From the IMG/VR virus record IMGVR_UViG_3300017758_004847: 20,000 nt of DNA; one strand, 5' to 3'. Origin of the DNA: an uncultured virus (IMG/VR IMGVR_UViG_3300017758_004847). Its lineage: Duplodnaviria > Heunggongvirae > Uroviricota > Caudoviricetes. The notes beneath the pieces were generated by a model. The model was given only the letters and a program-made list of their open reading frames with translations. It had not been told where the DNA came from and made no database searches. This document shows positions 17,094 through 20,000 of this stretch, piece after piece (the first letter of the stretch is position 1; each line of letters opens with the position of its first letter). A program made the translations under genes and the position numbers.

Positions 17094-17771
17094 TTAAAAT
17101 CTTCCTTTTATTGCGTTATAGTTATGGAGAACTTCATCAGAAGTTAATCCTCTATTGTAACAATGTACTAAACACATATTACCTATCCATCCACCAGCAT
17201 ATCCCGTACCAATTCTAATATTATTAGTGGTGTCATTAGTTAATGTTCCGTATGAACTACTTTGACTCCTTTGTTCACCATTTTTATACCATGTCACGTT
17301 TGTGGTATCTCTCGAACAGACCATGTACGACCATTCACTACGTGGAGTAGTACTCGAGTTTCTACTATTATAGGGTTGTGCATTACCACCGTTAGTCCCA
17401 CTATAATAATTTATACTACTACCTTGTTCATGTGTCCAAGTACCATAACCACCGTAAGCTTGATCCCATGGGTTTTTCCTACCCGAGGTATAAGTATGAT
17501 ACATTAAAATACCAACAGTCTGACCGTTTTTGAAATTAAGTGTAGTCTCATTGGCGGGGATGGTAAAATAATCACTACCATCTAAATATACATTTCTTAC
17601 AGGTGTACCAGTGTCTTGTGTAGTTGGTGTACCTGAAACAAGGGCATTATTACCATTACCTGAAATATCATACCAATAAGAGTTACCACCAACCCACGAT
17701 CTATCATTAGTGGCATCTAAAGCAACCACCAAACCTGATTTTATAATTCTCGGACCTCTTCGTATCGCCAT
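17094..17771 (-). CDS. LamG/ConA-like lectin-fold virion protein
   Basis: GPRIIKSGLVVALDA...WYDISGNGNNA...YLDGSDY...WYKNG...IRIG...YNRGLTSDEV..NYNA.K.RF, a typical phage single-LamG protein. Confidence 0.85.
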   Translation of the reverse strand: MAIRRGPRIIKSGLVVALDATNDRSWVGGNSYWYDISGNGNNALVSGTPTTQDTGTPVRNVYLDGSDYFTIPANETTLNFKNGQTVGILMYHTYTSGRKNPWDQAYGGYGTWTHEQGSSINYYSGTNGGNAQPYNSRNSSTTPRSEWSYMVCSRDTTNVTWYKNGEQRSQSSSYGTLTNDTTNNIRIGTGYAGGWIGNMCLVHCYNRGLTSDEVLHNYNAIKGRF

Positions 17772-20000
17772 TACTCTCCGTTATTTAGTTTTTCCTCCAA
17801 CTCCTCCACTCGTTGGATTAATTCTTTATTTGCTTGTATTAATAAAGATGTAAGTTTCTCATATCTAACACCTTTAAATCCGTCATTCTTAGTTGTAACT
17901 AATTCAGGAAGAACTTTCTCTATTTCTTGTGCTATCACACCCACATCATGACCACTATTTGTTCTTGATAAGGAATTCCAATCAAACTCGTAACCACCGA
18001 TCATTTTAACTTTATCAATTGCGTTTTCAATTGGTTTGATATTTTCTTTTAATCTTTCATCTGAGGAATAATATGCAAATACCTCACCTGTAACATGTAA
18101 TGTGTCATCAACAGTTACTGTACCGTTTGAGTTAACCGTTAGGATCGGTACACCCGAGATATCAGATACTTCAAATATATCACCCGTTAAATCATCCGTT
18201 ACAGAGAATAGTTGACCGAGGGTACCTTGTACTTCAAACACTGTACTACCCGCAGTTGTACCTTCAACATATAATGAGGTACTACTTGGATTTGTTACCG
18301 ATTCACCCTCACCTATTGATAGTGATTTTGCAATAACCATTTTACCTGTAGTGGTAAGTGATGCAGCACCTTGGTCATCACTATGTGAGGTATCTCCCCA
18401 CCACCAACCTCTACCGTCGGTATTACTCATTTGGAAAGACATTGCGTATTCACCTGATCCTATATGACCGTAATCATATCCACTCTTCATACCTATTGAG
18501 TATGCAGAGTCAGACCAAACTCTTAATTTATCTCTAGTTTGAGAACTGTATCCATCAATTAAACCAATGTTGTAACGTGTGGAAGGTGAGAAATAATCAC
18601 CAAAGGTTCCTGTATTGATATTACTTGCATTTAAACCTGATGATGATGTTAGGTATCCTACACTTGCGTGATTACCCCATCCATATGCGGTATTCCATTG
18701 TGATGAGTCACCGTGACTTGTTGTGGTTATAGTACCATCTGTCCATATACCACGACCTATTGCGGATTTAGTGACACCGTTATCCATTATTAATAGTTGG
18801 TGTGCTAAACCTGATTTAGATTGTCCACCAACATTTGTATGTGTAAACGCTAAACCGTATAAATTACCTGAAGATGTACCGTCATCAGAGAGGTTATATG
18901 AAGTACCCATCGACCAAACGTGTTGGTATCTTGATGCCGAATATAAACCGTACACACCTCGTCCGTAGTTGTTAGCCACCAATGCCTTCTGAGTACCCAT
19001 TGTAATAGTTCCTGTAAACGTATCTGTGGTGTTACTTCTTAAAAACTCTGAAGAATCAATACCATCTAACGTAGTAGCATTACCACCGTCTGCTGAACTT
19101 ATGTAACCCGCAGTTGAATGATCTCCCCAACCGTAAGCCGTGTCCCAATTACTTATATCACCTGACGCAATACCTCCTGCTGCCGATGCGGAGAATACAG
19201 GATCTGATTCAGTAAATGAAGTTAAATATCTACCATCTATGTCTACATTAAATGTGTCACCACCATTATTTCTTGTGAAGGTTACTATACCATTACTTGT
19301 GTTAAAAGTTGCCCCCGTAACAAACTCATTAGTATCCGTAAACGAACTTATATATCCTGCTACTGAGTGATCACCCCATCCATATGCGGTGTTCCAGTTT
19401 GCTGAATTGTTTGCAAAAACATTTTCAGTATAAACTTTATGCCATGTCTGTGTACCATTAATAGCCGTATTACTGAAACTTCTATAATACATATGACCAT
19501 CAGAACTAAACCCTAATTGACTATTATATTCACCTGCGTGTCTGTTAAAATTAAGGAATGAATTTGAGTTATCTACAGTTGGCATTCCTAATGCTCCTGT
19601 TCCTGCACTTACTTGTCCTGAATAAATTACTCTATTTGTTCCAGGATGTGTACTAGCATTTCCTCCATCTCCTAAGAAACTGTTAGATTCTGATGTTAGG
19701 TATCTACCATCTATGTCTACAGTAAATGTATCTCCACCATTATTTCTTGTGAAGGTGATTACACCATCAGCACTATTGAATGTGGCACCTGTAACAAATT
19801 CGTTTGTATCCGTAAATGAACTTATGTAACCCGCAGTTGAATGGTCACCCCATCCATATGCGGTATCCCAATTACTTACATTAGTTGTTGTGAAATCGTC
19901 TGTGTTGAAATATTTTTTCCAAGTAGACCATGAATTATTATGTCCTCTTGAATAAAGATCCCCTGTTTGGAAATGAGTTGCTAATTGACCTGTTACATTA
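17771..20000 (-). CDS. Tail fibre protein with internal repeats, knob-like domains and C-terminal Peptidase_S74 intramolecular chaperone (5' truncated)
   Basis: The frame stays open upstream of the track's Met (19585) to the window end (NVTGQLATHFQTGDLYSRGHNNSWSTWKKY...). Contains LDGIDSSEFLRS. C-terminal SSDERLKENI...GVIAQEIEKVLPELV...VRYEKL..LLIQA.KEL is the S74 chaperone, with predicted autocleavage at the Ser near 18064. Confidence 0.92.
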   Translation of the reverse strand, partial: NVTGQLATHFQTGDLYSRGHNNSWSTWKKYFNTDDFTTTNVSNWDTAYGWGDHSTAGYISSFTDTNEFVTGATFNSADGVITFTRNNGGDTFTVDIDGRYLTSESNSFLGDGGNASTHPGTNRVIYSGQVSAGTGALGMPTVDNSNSFLNFNRHAGEYNSQLGFSSDGHMYYRSFSNTAINGTQTWHKVYTENVFANNSANWNTAYGWGDHSVAGYISSFTDTNEFVTGATFNTSNGIVTFTRNNGGDTFNVDIDGRYLTSFTESDPVFSASAAGGIASGDISNWDTAYGWGDHSTAGYISSADGGNATTLDGIDSSEFLRSNTTDTFTGTITMGTQKALVANNYGRGVYGLYSASRYQHVWSMGTSYNLSDDGTSSGNLYGLAFTHTNVGGQSKSGLAHQLLIMDNGVTKSAIGRGIWTDGTITTTSHGDSSQWNTAYGWGNHASVGYLTSSSGLNASNINTGTFGDYFSPSTRYNIGLIDGYSSQTRDKLRVWSDSAYSIGMKSGYDYGHIGSGEYAMSFQMSNTDGRGWWWGDTSHSDDQGAASLTTTGKMVIAKSLSIGEGESVTNPSSTSLYVEGTTAGSTVFEVQGTLGQLFSVTDDLTGDIFEVSDISGVPILTVNSNGTVTVDDTLHVTGEVFAYYSSDERLKENIKPIENAIDKVKMIGGYEFDWNSLSRTNSGHDVGVIAQEIEKVLPELVTTKNDGFKGVRYEKLTSLLIQANKELIQRVEELEEKLNNGE
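18651..19155 (-). repeat. Two further short copies of the W(D/N)TAYGWG(D/N)H..xGY motif (about 18651-18700 and 19094-19155)
   Basis: QWNTAYGWGNHASVGYL and NWDTAYGWGDHSTAGYISS. Positions 19094-19120 are identical over 27 nt to 19817-19843. Confidence 0.85.
19217..19873 (-). repeat. Two ~180-nt direct repeat copies (about 19217-19399 and 19692-19873) inside the tail fibre
   Basis: Both encode NW(D/N)TAYGWGDHS.AGYISSFTDTNEFVTGATFN...G..TFTRNNGGDTF.VDIDGRYLTS. Offset is 474 nt (158 codons); most differences are synonymous. Confidence 0.9.

Noticed and set aside
608..19370. All plus-strand ORFs in the track (60-84 aa)
   Set aside because: Each lies antisense to a well-supported minus-strand gene and has no recognisable motifs; they are shadow ORFs.
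19583..19585. Track start codon of the tail fibre at 19585
   Set aside because: The frame is open to the window end and encodes another repeat copy, so the true start is upstream of the window.
18651..19873. Tail-fibre repeats as a DGR template/variable repeat pair or a CRISPR array
   Set aside because: All copies are in-frame coding sequence, differences are mainly synonymous rather than adenine-specific, spacing is irregular, and no reverse transcriptase or cas gene is in the window.
1..20000. Stop-codon reassignment, as in some large phages
   Set aside because: Genes are full length under code 11. TAG (11826-11828) and TGA (several ATGA overlaps) both act as stops directly before the next start.
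15318..20000. Apparently higher GC in the structural genes as a sign of recent horizontal acquisition
   Set aside because: Explained by Gly/Ser/Thr/Ala-rich fibre proteins versus Lys/Ile/Asn/Phe-rich enzymes; no mobile element boundaries seen.

Overview
AT-rich window with about 20 tightly packed genes, all on the minus strand and often coupled by ATGA/TAATG/TTGA overlaps. It most likely comes from a large tailed phage. Read in the direction of transcription (right to left), it starts with a virion module: a repeat-containing tail fibre with a C-terminal Peptidase_S74 chaperone (5' end off-window), two LamG/ConA-like proteins (one with an ILEI-like insert), a small conserved phage protein and a 76-aa Ser/Thr-rich fibre-tip-like stub. 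This runs directly into a ~15 kb soluble glycan synthesis and decoration cluster: three GT-A glycosyltransferases, two tandem GT7 (beta-1,4-galactosyltransferase-like) enzymes each split by an inserted LamG domain, a SAM methyltransferase, a twitch-domain radical SAM enzyme, two GT10-like proteins, an SGNH-like protein, an atypical NDP-sugar dehydrogenase, a NodU/CmcH carbamoyltransferase with an sxtJ/sxtK-like gene pair, and a DUF6734-like protein (3' end off-window). The best hypothesis is a phage-encoded virion (tail-fibre) glycosylation and glycan-tailoring system. All family calls come from motif recognition by eye, not database searches.
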